Positions 36,400 to 50,156 of a stretch of 64,000 nt of DNA are shown here, one piece after another. Every line of letters begins with the position of its first letter. Position 1 is the first letter of the stretch. The notes beneath the pieces were generated by a model. The model ran no database searches. It was not told where the DNA came from and worked only from the letters and a program-made list of their open reading frames with translations. A program made the position numbers and the translations under genes. This DNA comes from Cetorhinus maximus (Eukaryota), in contig NC_135908.1 in the NCBI RefSeq assembly GCF_964194155.1, positions 4,774,001-4,838,000 of the forward strand, written 5' to 3'.

Positions 36400-37155
36400 A
36401 ACAGCACATTATCAAAATGGAGAGGGATTGCAGAACTCTGAGGTACAGAGGGACCTGGGTGTCCTGGTACATGAATTACAAACCGTTAGTATGCAGGTAC
36501 AGCAAGTGATTAGGAAGGCAGATGAAATATTGTTGTTTATTACAGGGGGGGATAGAATATAAAAGTAGGGATGTCTTGCTACAGTCGTGCAGGGCATTGG
36601 TGAGACCACATCTGGAGTACTGTGTACAGTTTTGGTGGTTTTGTTTGAAAAAGGACAGTTGCATTGGAAGCAGTTCAGTGAAGGTTCACTCAACTGATTC
36701 CTTTGATGAGGAGGTTATCGTATCAGGAAAAGTTGGATAGGCTGGGCCTATATCCATTGCAGTTTAGAAGAATGAGAGGCGATCTTATTGAAATATTAAG
36801 ACCCTGAGGGGGCTTGACAGAATGGATGCTGAAAGGATGTTTCCTCTTGAGACCAGAATGAGGGGTCACTGTTTAAAAATAAGGGGTCTCCCATTTGAGA
36901 CAGAGATGAGAAGAAATGTTTTCCTGGGGTTCGTGACTTTGTGGAGCTCTCTTCCCCAGAGAATAATAGAGGCAGAGTCATTGAATGTTTTTCAGGCAGA
37001 GGTAGATAAATTCTTGACTGACGGGGAATCAAAGGGTATCGGGGGTGGGCAGGATGGTGGCACTGAGGCCTTAAGCCAGTCAGCCATGATCTTATTGAAT
37101 GGAGGAGCAGGCTCGAGGGGCCGAATGGCCTACTGCTCCTAATTTGTATGTTTGT
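36400..37155 (+). mobile_element. CR1-type LINE fragment
   Basis: QNSEVQRDLGVLVH..VQQVIRKA; IEYKSRDVLLQ..RALVRPHLEYCVQFW; TRMRGHCLKIRG. Confidence 0.9.
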
Positions 37156-38132
37156 ATACTTTTGAGGAGGTGGTTGTGCGCCTTCTCTTTGAATCACTTG
37201 CAGCCCTTATAGTGACTCTGCTGCCGTGATGATGTTAGCTAGAGAGTTCTAGGGCTCTAAGCCAATCATTAAGGAATGGCCGTCCAATTCAAGTTAGGAA
37301 GGTGTGATGTGAAGTGATGATGTGCCCATGATATTGCCGCTCTTTTCCTTCAGGGTGGTAGAGATTGAAGTGAAGGGATTGTTGTTTTATAGGCAAAGGT
37401 GCCATTTGGAATTCCCAATTGGACAACCTCTTGTTTCCTGGTTTTCTAATCATTGAAAAAAAATTGATGTCTGATCTGTTGCCACTGGATGGTGCTGCAG
37501 TAAAGCTTTATGTAGTATTGTTCTGTGCATAAACTGAGAATTATGTTGCATAGGATTTGCAGTGAAACTCTGAGAAAGAATCAGTAACATTAGAGCTTAT
37601 TTCAGTGCAGTAGTATATGACAGAGGTGTCTACTAGCAAAATCCAGTAAGATTGCTCTGTTGGAAATTTTGATGCACTTTCAGCTTGTAGCAAATTTGGG
37701 TCAATCCAACCCACGTGAAAATTACTGACAGCAACCCTGTCCTAGTTGCCTTTATATGGCGCCTCATCATATTTTCAAAACCCTTATCAAACGATGAGTT
37801 ACTTTGGAGAGCAGTTGCTGTTACGTGGGCAAATGCGACAGCCAGTTGGAATCTTATTCGTAAAGGATAAGAAAACTGAGTCCCTTTTGCTGTTTCTAGT
37901 GGGGACTAAATAAAAGAGGAAGTTTGTGCTAATACTATCTTTAAGCTGCATGCATATGGGTCAAAAATAGCATCTTTTTATTTGATGCAAAAAAAATAAT
38001 GAGTTCCCTGTTGGAAAACATTCCAAGTTTTGTTTTTTCTGCTTGGTGTGCCTGTAAGGAAATCCGCTCCAAATGCAGGGTATGTTGAGAAATTGTTTGC
38101 ACAGCTTTATTACTCACTTTTTCCTCTCTTAG

Positions 38133-38298
38133 GTCTTCAGGATAACCCTGACCTCCGTGTTGTCCTCCTGTTTGGATACAACACCTTTAAACCTGCTGCT
38201 GCAGACTTCATTCAGCGACTCACCAGGCCTTTCAATGTGAGGAACACTGTTGTGGTGGGGGGCCATGTTGACCGAGTGTTTTCACCCAGTTCTGAAAG
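38133..38298 (+). CDS. FBXO22: FBXO22 exon 6
   Basis: cttag|GLQDNPDLRVVLLFGYN...VVVGGHVDRVFSPSSE|gtaggt. Confidence 0.93.
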
Positions 38299-38699
38299 GT
38301 AGGTACCCACGCAATCACCAAGCCTTTATCTGTTCTTGTACCTCGTTAATGCTGGGAAGAAAATGCTTGTGTGCTTTCTCCCTGCAATTAATTCATTCCA
38401 CGGCTACGAATGATTTATCTGTCCATCAAGCTGACTCCCTGCAGTATAATTAAGCTCAACTCCACAACATTGCCATGTAACCGCATGCTCCCAGACTGCA
38501 GTAAAAACTTGCAAATCAGCTCCCCCAAAGGCCCAGAGGTAGCTGCACCACTTGATGTGTTAGTGAGCCCTGGGGACCAGGGAAGTCTAGGGCTTGTTCC
38601 CTGCTCTGTGCTGAGCTAGTTGTTGTGGGGAGGAATGTTACTAATCGACTTCAGCATCACTGAACCAGGAGAGGTAAAGTCAAGGATTCCTGCTCTATT

Positions 38700-39425
38700 T
38701 AGTTAACGCAAGTGCATTTCTGCAGCAGAGAGGTGTGAAAGTGGTTAACAAGGCATACATGATCCTGGGATTTATAAATAGAGGTATAGAATACAAAAGC
38801 AAGGACGTTATGGTGAACCTTTATAAAACACTGGCTTGTTCTCAACTGGAGTATTGTATCTGATTCTGGGTTTTTATAAATAGAGGCACAGGGTGCAAAA
38901 GCCAGGGGGTTTTGTGAACCTTTATAAAACACTAGTTTGTTCTCAGCTGGAGTATTGTCCAATTCTGGGCACCACACTTAGGGATGTGAAAGCTTTAGAA
39001 AGGATACAGAAATGAGGGTCTTCAGTCACATGGAGAGGTTCAAGAAACTGGGGTGGTTATCCTTAGTGAAGAGAAGGTTGAGAGGAGATTTGAAAGAGAT
39101 GTTCAAAACTATTAGAGGTCCAGATACAGAGCAGATAGGAAGAAAGTGTTCTCATTGAGGGAAGGGTCGAGAACCAGAGGACAGAGATTGATAGTGTTTG
39201 GCAAAAGAATCAATGGCTACGTGAGGAGAAACCCTTTTATGCAGTGAGTGGTTATAAACTGGAATGCGCAGCCAGAAAGTGTCGTGGAGGCTGATTCAAT
39301 CGTGGCTTTCACCTGAAGAGAGAAAAAATTTGCAGTGGAGTGGGACTAGCTAAATTGCTTTTGCAGAGAACTGGCATGGGCTTGATGGGCCGAATGGCGG
39401 CCTCCTGTGCTGTAACCATTCTATG
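38700..39425 (+). mobile_element. CR1-type LINE fragment with internal ~100-bp tandem duplication (38761-38958)
   Basis: Duplicated tttataaatagagg...gaacctttataaaacact...ctggagtattgt; CR1 tail at 39385-39425. Confidence 0.85.
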
Positions 39426-39784
39426 TGTGATAGTGGGATGAGGACAGTTAAGCAGAAATACAAATTAAGAAATTTCAAGCCCTTCACGTCCGCAATAAGT
39501 GAAATACTTTGTTTTAAAACATAATTAACAGGGCCAGATGTCCATGCTGTGAGGAGTGCTAATTAAAAATTTCCTTATCACTGTACAGATCACTCAGTTG
39601 AATTCATTTTTGAAAATGACTTAACCGTGGGCCTTTAATGGACTGTCCACCTTCCCCTTTCAAGTCCCAAGTGCTTTGATATTGAAATCCTACAACCTTG
39701 ACAATCTTCTGAAAGTATAAAATTCAAGATGTGTTAATGCATAGGTCTTAAATGGATTGAAAGAACATACATGTATATTGACAC

Positions 39785-39916
39785 AAAAGCAAAATGCTGT
39801 AGATGCTGGAAATCTGAAATAAAACCAAAAAATGCTGGAAATACTCAGCAGATCAGGCAGCATCTGTGGAGAGAAGCGGAGTTAACGTTTCATGTCGATA
39901 ACCTTTCATCAGGACC
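39785..39916 (-). mobile_element. Penelope terminal fragment with the best-preserved hammerhead motif
   Basis: Minus strand GGTC CTGATGA AAGGTTATCGACAT GAAAC GTT AACT, then ccgcttctctccacagatgctgcc. Confidence 0.75.
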
Positions 39917-41771
39917 TGTATTTATGTTTTTACACACATTTTGAGTTCTATCACATTGTCAAAGCATCACAGAGCATTTCACACTATAGTTTGGAGTGCA
40001 ACAGCTGCTGCCATGTAGGCAAGGGTGGAAGCCAGCAACATCTCACAGGTGGATAGATGGTGAATCTGTTTTCTGGTTACTTTATTTTTGCAGGAGGAAT
40101 ATTGACTAGGATTCTGGGAGAACTCCTTTCAGTAGTAATATCAGATCCTTAGCATTCATCCAAACGGACAAACAGTTACCCTGCTTACTATCTTGTCCAA
40201 AGCTTGCTGTAGCCAAAATGCTGGCGTTGCCCCTACTATTTCCTGAGTTGTCCAAGCTGAGTGGAAAATGTGTACATACCATATGTATGCATAAACAGTC
40301 CTTGAACGTAGGGGAAGTAGAAAGTTTGATGGTGGAATGATTGCCTTGGCACAGTTTATGGAAGTTTGGGTTAATTGTTTTGGTGTACTTATGTGACGAG
40401 TTGTTCTTGTCAGTCAGGATCAGTGTGCCTACTTTCAGTGTTCTCCCTTGATTAAAGAGATAATGGGCATGCCTGCTCACCAATGAAGACATTGCATTAA
40501 AAGGCTTTGCTGTGTTTGGACTTGCATCTTAAAGGAGGAGGAAAGCCCTAATGGGTTTCCTTTCAGTACAAAGTGCTTTCCCACCCTATCTTTACCATTT
40601 CAAACGGTACATTTCTCATTTCATGTGAGAAGTGCCATCATCGTTTTTAATATCAATTGCCAGTCAGAGTTAGAGCATAAAAATGAGTCAGCACCATGAG
40701 GGCTAGGAACTTCCAGTTAATGAAGCAATGTGTAGGAAGCAGTATAAGGCAGCAAGTTAGTCAGAGATACGCAGGAATGAAGAGAGACAATCTTGGTGGT
40801 TTAATTGCTGTCTTAACAATATTTTTCTCCAATTAGAAATCCACTAACAAAGTTGCATTAGAAGTTCCATGTTTCAGAGCCATATGTTCGAGTGATTTTG
40901 TTTACAGATTGTTAATTGTTGGAGAGTCATTCTCCGGGGTTGTTTTTAGATTCTGGCCCACCCGGGGCTCAGCTGTGTTTTTCTATCCAATTTACAAATT
41001 CTATGGAATTAACGCCTACAGAGAGAAGGAAAGCATTTAATTATAATTGATTCCTCTTACCTGTGCATTAGTGAGGTGACTAAATTAAGCAGGTAACTTA
41101 AGCCATAGAAGGGGTCCGAAAACAGACGACCTGCCACCTTTTGTTTTTGTTCTTGTGAATTTTATGCTGATCGAGGTGAGGAATGTACATCATGAGGAAT
41201 GGATGTTTAATTTTAGAAGAACCAGAGTCATAATTAAACACTCAAGTTAGGTATAAAACATTTAGATGGGGGCGGGGGAGTTTCCTCCATTATCTCCCAA
41301 CAATGTATCTCAGCCCCATCCTCAAAAGAGCACTACATGTTTCACCAGCGGGCATTATCCGTTAAGAGTGGTTTTGTGTTGCAACCTAATTTCTAGAGAT
41401 TTTCCTAACTTGTTTTAAGTTGGGGCTTTGCAGCCAGCAGACAAGAAGGCGCTTCCACCCCTTGGCTTGAGTGTGTTTCTAACCCTGGTCTCTGAAGTGA
41501 ATGACACCAGTCTCATCTACAGTAATCCTTTGCCTGCGCAATATTTCTGTGGAAGTGCTTTTTCCCGCTAACCTTTTTTTTCCAAACACAAAATGATGTA
41601 TAAGTAGTTACTCATCACAGCTGTTTTACATCTCCATGCATTAAGAACCTAATATTCAATCTATTCTGTTCCATCAAAAACACAGGCTGCCTGGAGACTG
41701 CCCGAGCGAGCTTTCACAACCAGTGTTTTACTTTTATCCCCCTCACCCCCACACACCTCCCTCCTTTCTAG

Positions 41772-42189
41772 TATTGATGGCCGGCACATGTACGGCTTTG
41801 TTGGCCTGTCGTTGAGTGGAAGACCGATCCAGGCAGCGTCCATCCTCCTGGACGAGGACGTGGAGACCCCCAAGAGCGCAGAAGCAGCGATGCAGCGTCT
41901 CAAAGCGGCCAACATTCCCGAGACCAACACAGTGGGATTCATGTTCGCCTGCATCGGGCGGGGTCAGAACTACTACTCCAACGAGGAGAACGTGGAAGCG
42001 GATGCTTTCAGGAAGCAGTTTCCAGGCATTCCATTATTCGGGTTTTTCGGTAATGGTGAAATCGGCTGTGACCGCATCGTGACTGAGATCTTCTCACTGA
42101 GGGAGTGTGGCAACTCCTCAGATTGCGATGAATTGCTTCATGGCTACACTACAGTGATGGCGCTTATTCACCTGGGGCCAGTTAAATAA
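41772..42189 (+). CDS. FBXO22: FBXO22 exon 7 (FIST-C domain, stop)
   Basis: ttctag|[17 protein letters not shown]...[23 protein letters not shown]...[15 protein letters not shown]...[14 protein letters not shown]. The seven exons sum to 1206 nt (401 aa). Confidence 0.96.
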
Positions 42190-42514
42190 AAACTAAAAAC
42201 CCTTCGATAAGCTCAACAGGGTGTTAACAATTGGGCTGACGGTCTACAGAGGTACATGCCAGTTGTGGGTCAGTCTTCATTGCTTCGAAAATATTTGCAC
42301 AAAGTGCAGAAAATTGTTTGAATAGATCAAGAAAATTTACAGGGGTAGGCCCATAAAATGATTGAGTTAAGTGATCTACTCAAACAATCCTCTTAAATTC
42401 CAAGAGAATAGGGTGAGCAACCAAGCTTTCAGATGTTGTCAGTTCAGTCAATTCTGTAGTTTTTGACAGTTTTGATTTTCATCTTTATTACGTTTGAATG
42501 TAGAACTAATCATG

Positions 42515-42520
42515 AATAAA
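42515..42520 (+). terminator. FBXO22: FBXO22 polyadenylation signal
   Basis: AATAAA ~325 nt after the stop with a T/GT-rich downstream region. A second AATAAA overlaps the stop codon (42185-42190). Confidence 0.65.
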
Positions 42521-42799
42521 TACACAGTATTTCTAGTGATTTTATTGTAATTTTTAAAAATTTGTGTTCTTTTGTGTTTTAAACCAAAGCGTTATGCCGG
42601 ATCTTAACAGTGTGGCAGGTAAATCTGGCAAGGGCTTCTTGATAGTGATGAATGCTGACCAGCTGATCATCTGGACTGTCCCAATAAAATCCTCTGGCTG
42701 AGACTCTGTCATTGTCGTTATTAAGGTTTCCGTAAAGAGTAATAGCGGAGAACGTGGCAATGCAGGGAGGGTTCACCTATTAACTGAAAAGATTTGGAA

Positions 42800-43250
42800 A
42801 GAAAAGTAAAGACTTGCATTTATATAACATTTTTCACAAACCCAGGGCATCCCAAAGTGCTTTACAGCCAATGAAGTATTTTTGCAGGGCAGTCATTAAT
42901 GTGGAAGCGCGGCACCCAGTTTGCTCAGAGCAAGCTCCTAAAAAAACAGCAACGTGCTATCAGTCAGATAATCTGTTTGTGATGTTGGCTGAGGGTTAGA
43001 CATTGGCCAGAGCACTGGTGAAGCTACTCCTTGGATACTTCAGTGGGATCTTTTACACCCACCTGAGGGGGCAGCAGATGGTGCCTCAGTTTAACATCTC
43101 TTAAGAAAGACGACAAGCCTGACAGTGCATGACTCCCTCAATACTGTCCTCGAGCGCCAGCCTCAATTTTGTGCTCCAGGGTCTGGAGTGTGGAATTTGA
43201 AACCACATCTTTCTGACTCGGGTGAGAGTGCTACCCATTGAGCTACACCG
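42800..43250 (-). mobile_element. DeuSINE-type SINE
   Basis: gacttgcatttatata...aaagtgctttacagccaatgaagta...gggatcttttacacccacctgag...ctgactc. Confidence 0.75.
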
Positions 43251-43744
43251 ACACGATCTCCACTTGAATCCTGGAAGACACCCAGATGTACAATTTGTAG
43301 ATTTTGCCCTTCCTTGGGAAAGTATTTTTGAGCTTTCTCTGAAATACTGATCTGGAGAGCTGTCATTGATGGTGAAGCAAGCAAATTAAGTGACAAATTA
43401 AGGCAGCATCAAAATGGCTTGAGTGTAATTATTGCCCCCACCCCCCCCCACACCTTCCACCACCCCCCTTCCCCTCATACAGTTACCGAGGCCTGGCAGT
43501 GAGGGTGGACTCTGTGGAAAGAGGCAGTGTGAGAGCAGGAGGAACAAAAGCTTCAGCAGAACTTTTAAACTGGCAAGTCATGTAACCTGGGGCAAATATC
43601 CTGGAGTTGAGGGATTTATTCATTTTCAAAATTAAATGCCTGATTTTCAATGAAAAATGCAAATCAATTCCCCCATTTCACATCTCCCCTCGAAACAAAC
43701 AATAAAAGAAACATTCTGCCAGCCTTCTGTTATATGGGTGTGTA

Positions 43745-44093
43745 CAGCAGGAGACTCCCAGGAGGACAGTGGAAATGCTTTAGAGATGTCCTCAAAGCAT
43801 CCCCTGAAGAGGTCAAGCATTCCTGCTGACTCATGGGAGCCCCTGCTTGTGACCAACCAAAAGGAGGTTTATTTGGGAAGGTACTGAACACATCGAGAGG
43901 CTTCATCAGGAGCATACAGAGGCAAGGTTGAGGTACCAGAGAGAGCGCACAAAGCCCTGATCCTTCAAGCACTACCTGCCTCACATGTGGCAAAGTCTGC
44001 AGATTGCGCATCGGATTTATCAGCCATCTCAGAGCCCAATGAACCAGAATGGAAGCAAGTCATCCTTGACCCTGAGGGACTGCCTGAGAAGGA
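43745..44093 (+). mobile_element. RTE-clade LINE 3' end
   Basis: RRLPGGQWKCFRDVLKAS..IPADSWE and C-terminal zinc knuckle TCLTCGKVCRLRIGFISHLR*, followed by gaagcaagtcatccttgaccctgagggactgcc. Confidence 0.75.
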
Positions 44094-44177
44094 GGGTGTG
44101 TAGGTCCTTGGATTGCGAGCCACCCACAATTGACCTGAAAGTCTCCAGGAATTGAAGATTAATTCCCTGGATGCTGT

Positions 44178-44478
44178 GGATGTTAAACTGAGGTCCATCT
44201 ACCCGATTAGGTGGATGTAAGAGATCCCATGGCACTATTTCAAAAGAACCGGGGAGTTAGCCATGGTGTCCTGACCGATATTTATCCCTCAATCAACATC
44301 ATGAAAAACATTATCTGGTCATTATCGCATTGCTGTTTGTGAGCATATATTACTTGTTGCATTACCTACATTACAACAGTGACAGCACTTGAAAACAAAA
44401 AGTACTTCATTGTCTCTAAAGCGCTTTGAGATGTCTGATGCTTGTGAAAAGCACCATATAAATGCAAGTCTTTCTTTA
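44178..44478 (+). mobile_element. DeuSINE-type SINE
   Basis: gatcccatggcactatttcaaaaga...atttatccctcaatcaacatc...atataaatgcaagtctttcttt. Confidence 0.8.
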
Positions 44479-45877
44479 ATTAACTTGGACGAAGGACTGT
44501 ATCATAGAAACTTACAGCACAGGAGGAGACAATTCAGCCCCTTGTTCCTGTGCTAGCTTTTTGAAAGAGCCATGCTTAATTCCAAATCCCTGCTTTTGGC
44601 TGTAACTCTTAAGTTCCTCATCCTCAGGTACTTCACCATTGATAAATTTTGCAGAGAGTTGGCATCAGCTTCCACCACCTGACAACTCAGTGAAAAACAA
44701 TTCTCATTTCTCTTCTCAATCGTCTGCCACTAATTTCAAATCTCTGACCTCTGGTTATTGATGGGGCATTAAAAATGCATTTTTGTTTCATTTTCTTGGG
44801 ATACTTCTGATTATTAATTATGAAAATGGGGTTTTAAAAAAAGCTCTTTGACGAGGCTGGACTGTCGACATTGGGAGTTCGTGTGAAGAAGCCTCCAAGG
44901 TTATGTCCAACCAGAGATGGTAACCCGAGTTTGCTTCGTCATTCCTTATAATTTCTAATCTTAGACTGCAGCCCTTGTGTGTGAGGATGCTGCATGATGG
45001 GATAACTGCAGCTTTTGTAGCAGGTGTGACCTGTTTGTTGTTAGATCAGAGATCATTATCTGAATTGGAAGCACTTTTGTTACTATAATTAAAATTGCTA
45101 ATTACACTCATTAACTTTCCTTTTATAATAGAGGAAGAGTTTAAAATAAATGCATGTAAATAGATCACATTATCACTGCCTTTTTCTCTGTTTAGAATTG
45201 CACGCCGATACCAACACTGGGTGACTATTGCCTAATAAGACTGTAAAATTAAGTTTATTTGTTGAATTTTCATATATCCTCCTAGTCATATGATTTGCAA
45301 GTGGGAAAAGGAACACAGCACCTTGAAGGTAAAGCCTAGGTTGTTACAAAATCCATGAGGTCCTTTCTCAGGGACTGAAGATTTGTAGTGGGATATAGGG
45401 TGTGTTTTTATTCAGTACGTTTTGCAACGTGGCTGATTTACCAGCGAAGTAATCCTGGATTTGTGAATCCTTAAAGTACCCATGCTTAGGGTTCCCCCAA
45501 TGATTCAGCGAGCTTATTCGTTGAGCGTCTGAGTCATACAAACCAGCACGGTTTCTGTTTCCATCCCAGCGCTGACTTAGTTGGTTTAAGTTGAAAGTCC
45601 GCTATATCACAGAGGGCAGCCCGCATATGCCCGCATATTTTAAACCAGCTGAGGTCCTTTAGCAATCCAAATGGGGAAGACAAGACAGAGTTTAGTCTTC
45701 AGGTAAAGCAGGATATGCAGACCACAATATCCAGATATAATGTAGCCCCATTTTAAGATCTTATATTTTATTCTTATTTTTCTCATTATTGATAGTTAAA
45801 GAGTAACTCAGGAATTTGGGAACCTGTGAAGTTGAGATAGCTGGAGACTAGGAGACCATATGCAAATTTTTTTCCTT

Positions 45878-46270
45878 TACTTTTTCATGGGATTATGGGT
45901 GAGCATCGCTGGCAAGGCCAGCAATTGTTGCCCGTCCCTACTTGCCCTTGAGCTATGCCATTTCTGAGGGCAGTTAAGAGTCAAACACATTGCTGTGGGT
46001 CTGGAGTCACATGTAGGCCAGACCAAGTGAAGGAGGCAGATTTTCTTCCCTAAAGGGGCGTTAGTGAACCAGATGGGATTTTACCACAATCGATGATAGT
46101 TGTCATGCTCAACATTACTGAGACTGCAGGTAGCTTCATGTTTAGATTTATTGAATTTAAATTCCACCAGCTGCCATGGTGGGATTTGGACTCATGTCCC
46201 CAGAGCATTAGCCTGGACCTTTGGATCATTAGTCCAATGACATCACCACCACAACACCACCATCTCCCCT
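45878..46270 (-). mobile_element. Full-length tRNA-derived SINE
   Basis: Reverse complement of the 17914/20712 family. Confidence 0.8.
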
Positions 46271-46355
46271 TTGTATGTAGGAGACACAAAGGAGATCCTA
46301 CAGCACCACATCTGATGGGAAGGGTAATTATAGTGTGACAAGTTTACATAGCCAA

Positions 46356-46628
46356 GTGACAAGTTTACATAGGGTGAAAGGGAAAAGGTTTAGGGGGAAC
46401 TTCTTCACTCAGAGAGTGGTGAGAGTGTGGAACGAGCTACCATCTGACGTAGTAAATGCGGGCTCACTCTTAAGTTTTAAGAATAAATTGGATAGATACA
46501 TGGATGGGAGAGGTCTAGAGGGTTATGGACTAGGTGCAGGTCAATGGGACTAGCGGAATAATATTTCGGCACAGACTAGAAGGGCCGAATGGCCTGTTTT
46601 CTGTGCTGTAGTGTTCTATAGTTCTATA
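46356..46628 (+). mobile_element. Young CR1 3' insertion
   Basis: RGNFFTQRVVRVWNELPSDVVNAGSLLSFKNKLDRYM; (gttctata)2 tail; 17-bp duplication gtgacaagtttacatag at the 5' junction. Confidence 0.85.
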
Positions 46629-46799
46629 GCCAGTTTCCATTATAAATGGTTGACATGAATTTATAATGGCAAAAGTTGACTCAAAAAAACTCTGACAAAG
46701 GAACTAAGGTTTTGCAGAGAGGAAGCCTGCATGTACACAATAATGATATGTATGTGCAATGGATATAGAAGCCTATACAGTACTCTGAAATTTAGAAGT

Positions 46800-47905
46800 A
46801 TGATAAGTGACCTCAGTGAAATATACAAGATTCAGAAGGGACTTGACAGGGTCGACACAGAGGTTGTTTCCCCTGGCTGGGGATCTAGAACTCAGGGGCT
46901 TGGTCTCAGGGGTAAGGTATCGATCATTTAGGACTGAGATGAAGAGAAACTACATCACTCAGAGAGTTGTGAACCTTTGAAATTCCCTACCCCAGAGGGT
47001 TGTGGATGTTCCATCTTTGAGCATATGTAAGGCCAGGATAGACAGATTTGTGATCTCTCAGGGAATTGAGGGATGTGGAGAGCTGGCAGAAAAATGAAGT
47101 TGAGGCAGATGGTCAGCCGTGATTATAATGAATGGCAGAGCAGGCTTGAGGGGCTGTATGGTCCACCCCCACTCCTATTTTTTATGTTATGAAGAAACTT
47201 AGATAAGATGCAAAACATAACTTTATCATGGGAAAAGAATGAGCATTGAATACAGTTTAAAAATACACAAAAACAACCAAGAGTGAGGAAGTTCACAGTG
47301 AATCTAATGGACCAGTGACTTGCCTAGTAACTCATTTGGTGCGTGGGAGACTCAACCATAATGACCAGAAAGATCCCAGGTTCAAGCTAGCACCGAATGA
47401 ACTATAGTTAGAAAAATATTGGCCATTTCGTCATAAGCGCTGGGTCAAATTCCTGGATCTCCATACCCAACAAAACTGTGGGATTACTTTCTCCACACCG
47501 ACTACAGCAGTTCAAGAAGGCTGATCAACACCAGCTGCTCAAGAAATATGAACATACAAATTCAGAGCAGGAGTAGGCCATTCGGCCCCTTGAGCCTGCT
47601 CCGCCATTCAATAAGATCGTGGTCTCCACATTCTGCCTACCTCTGATAGCTTTTGACTCCCTTGTTAGTCAAGAATCTATCCACCTCTGCCTTAAGATAT
47701 TCATTGACCCTCCCTCCACTGCTCTCCAGGGAAGAAGGCTCCAAAGACTCGAGACCCTCAAGAGAAAAAAGTTCTTCTCATCGCTGTCTTAAGTGGTAGA
47801 TGCCTTATTTTTATACTGTGTCCCTTAGCTCTAGTCTCTCCCGCAAGGGGAAACATCCTTTCAGCATTTATCCTGTCAAGTCTCCTCAGGATCTTATTTG
47901 TTTCA
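46800..47905. mobile_element. Tail-to-tail CR1 fragments (+ 46800-47190, - 47546-47905)
   Basis: CR1 3' ends in opposite orientations. Confidence 0.75.
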
Positions 47906-48539
47906 ATAATTTGTTAAGTGGTCATGCAGCTGGCCTCAGCTCTGGATTCTGTGTCTGTCAGAAAATGGTACTGTCTCTTGAGGCACCACCAAGAGGTGTC
48001 GGGAGTGCTGACGTCGCTGGAGGCAGCAATGGCACATTGCTGAAGTTGCAACTGCTATTCACAGTGGCAAAGCAATTAGAAAAATTGTTCTCTCATAGTT
48101 CTCTAAGTAAGGGCTCAATTCTACAGCCAATGGATAGGTTGGGATTTAAGGTACCCATGCCTTTTAGAGATACTACAGTGCGTACAAACTTCAGCCGTGG
48201 ACAAGGTTTTGCCGTCCAAGCAAAGGTGAACCAACCCCCAAAACCTAGGCAACTCAATCCCAATTGTTATTGCATTTTTGCTCTGTTGTTTGAATTTTGC
48301 AGGCCTGGAGCCTTGTAAAGAACTGTTTTCAGCAATGGCGTCCCACTGGTGGATACATTTTGAATCAGAAAGCTAAGATCTGTTGGTGACAGCAGCCTGG
48401 GATGTAAGCAGATTCATGGAAATTTTGGGTTAAACTTCATATATGGCCAGAGGTTTCAATGCAGCCTCAAAACATGGACATCACTGCCTTTTGCTCATCC
48501 ATCTTTGAGACCACCTGCCTCTATTGTGACCGTTCTAGG

Positions 48540-49125
48540 TAGAAGTAGGAAAGTTATGCTAAGCCTTTATAAACCACTGGCTAGATCCCAACTACAGAAT
48601 CGTCTCCCAATTCTGGGCGCCGCACTTTTAGAAGGATATTAAGGATTTAGCGAGGTTGCAGAAGAGATTTACCATGATTTACCTGGAGCCAGGTTTTGAG
48701 TTCGATATAGAGGTCAGAGAAGCTGGGATTGTTCTTCCTCGACGAGAAAAGTTAAAGTGGAAATTTAATATAACTGTTCAAAATCGCAAGGGATTTTGAT
48801 AGTGTAAATAAGGAGAAGTTGTTTGCACTGATGGGAGGGTCATTAACCAAAAGGCACGGACTTAAGATAATTAGCAAAGAACCAGAATGGAAATGAGAGT
48901 TTTTCTTTAAGGGGCGAGTTATGGTATGGAATGTGCTGCCTGAAAGGGTGGAGGAAGGAGACTTGATAGTTACTTCCAAAGGAGAATTGAATAAATACTG
49001 GAAAAAAAATGCAGGGCTTTAGGAAAAGACTATGGACGTGGTTCTAATTGATTAGCTTTCTCAAAGAGCCAGCACAGATGTGATGGACTGAATGGCTTCT
49101 TTCTGTCCTGTAAGATTCTATGATT
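48540..49125 (+). mobile_element. CR1-type LINE fragment
   Basis: aagttatgctaagcctttataaa...tggaatgtgctgcctgaaagggtgg...gattctatgattct. Confidence 0.8.
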
Positions 49126-50156
49126 CTAGCAAGGTCTGTGCTGAGAATAGATTCTGGCCCTGTACTTCACAAAAAAGTGTAGAGGTTAACAAAGACCACC
49201 AGGCTGGATTATAATCTACAGAACTGGTTACCCAAAACAACCATGCACTGCTTAAATAACTGGGATAAGAATTCCTCTAGTTGCTGTGTGTAGTGAGATC
49301 GTACATGAAGATCTCTTCTGTATGGGAACATCAGCGAGCACAAGGGTGATGTGTGAATGGGACTTGAGACGAGTTAGGACATAGGCGGCAAAGTTTTGGG
49401 TGAGCTCAAGTTGATGGAGCCTGGAAGATACAAGGCCAGCCAAGGAGTGCAATCAAGTCTGCAGGTAACAAAGTCAAGGATGAGCATCTCAGAAGCACGT
49501 GAACTGAGGCAATGTTGGAGGTTCCTGAGGTGGAAGCAGACGATCTGAGTGCAAATACGTACTCACAGACGTCACTCAATTGCAATAACATCCCTTATAT
49601 TTGTTGGAGAAATTCCAGGGAAAATAATAAGATATATACATCCATTTTCACTAAGTTAATTTCTCTTGTTGCAGAATATAAGTAGAATATACATAGCCCT
49701 TATAGTGCGACCACCACTTACAAGTTGGGCAATACTTAAATTGTTATACATCAGATTGTACTGCTGACAAGGGCTGGTCTGTTTTATGCCTTGCAGCCCA
49801 GTCCAGGAGTTGGTAAAGTACTGACGAAAAGTTCACTCCAGCTGTAAATGTTCTGAGTTTAAGAAGTTCCATCGCTGGTAAAACAAATGAGTTTCATTTG
49901 GCGTAACAGCTGAGGTGCTTCGAGGAACATAGAAGGAAGTCCAGAGACGGGTGGAATGTGGAGATCTCTGTTACTCACGGCCTGGGAGAGCTGGATTATA
50001 GGAATGAACAATGACCTTTTGCTGTCGCTGATGGATACTTGCACGTGTCTCAAATGTTCCGCTCATTCATTTCAAGTGAGATTCTTTCAGCACTACAGTT
50101 CAGAATCGTCACTCATTTCGATGTTTTTCACTTAAAATGAGCCCGCCTTGGTGCAT

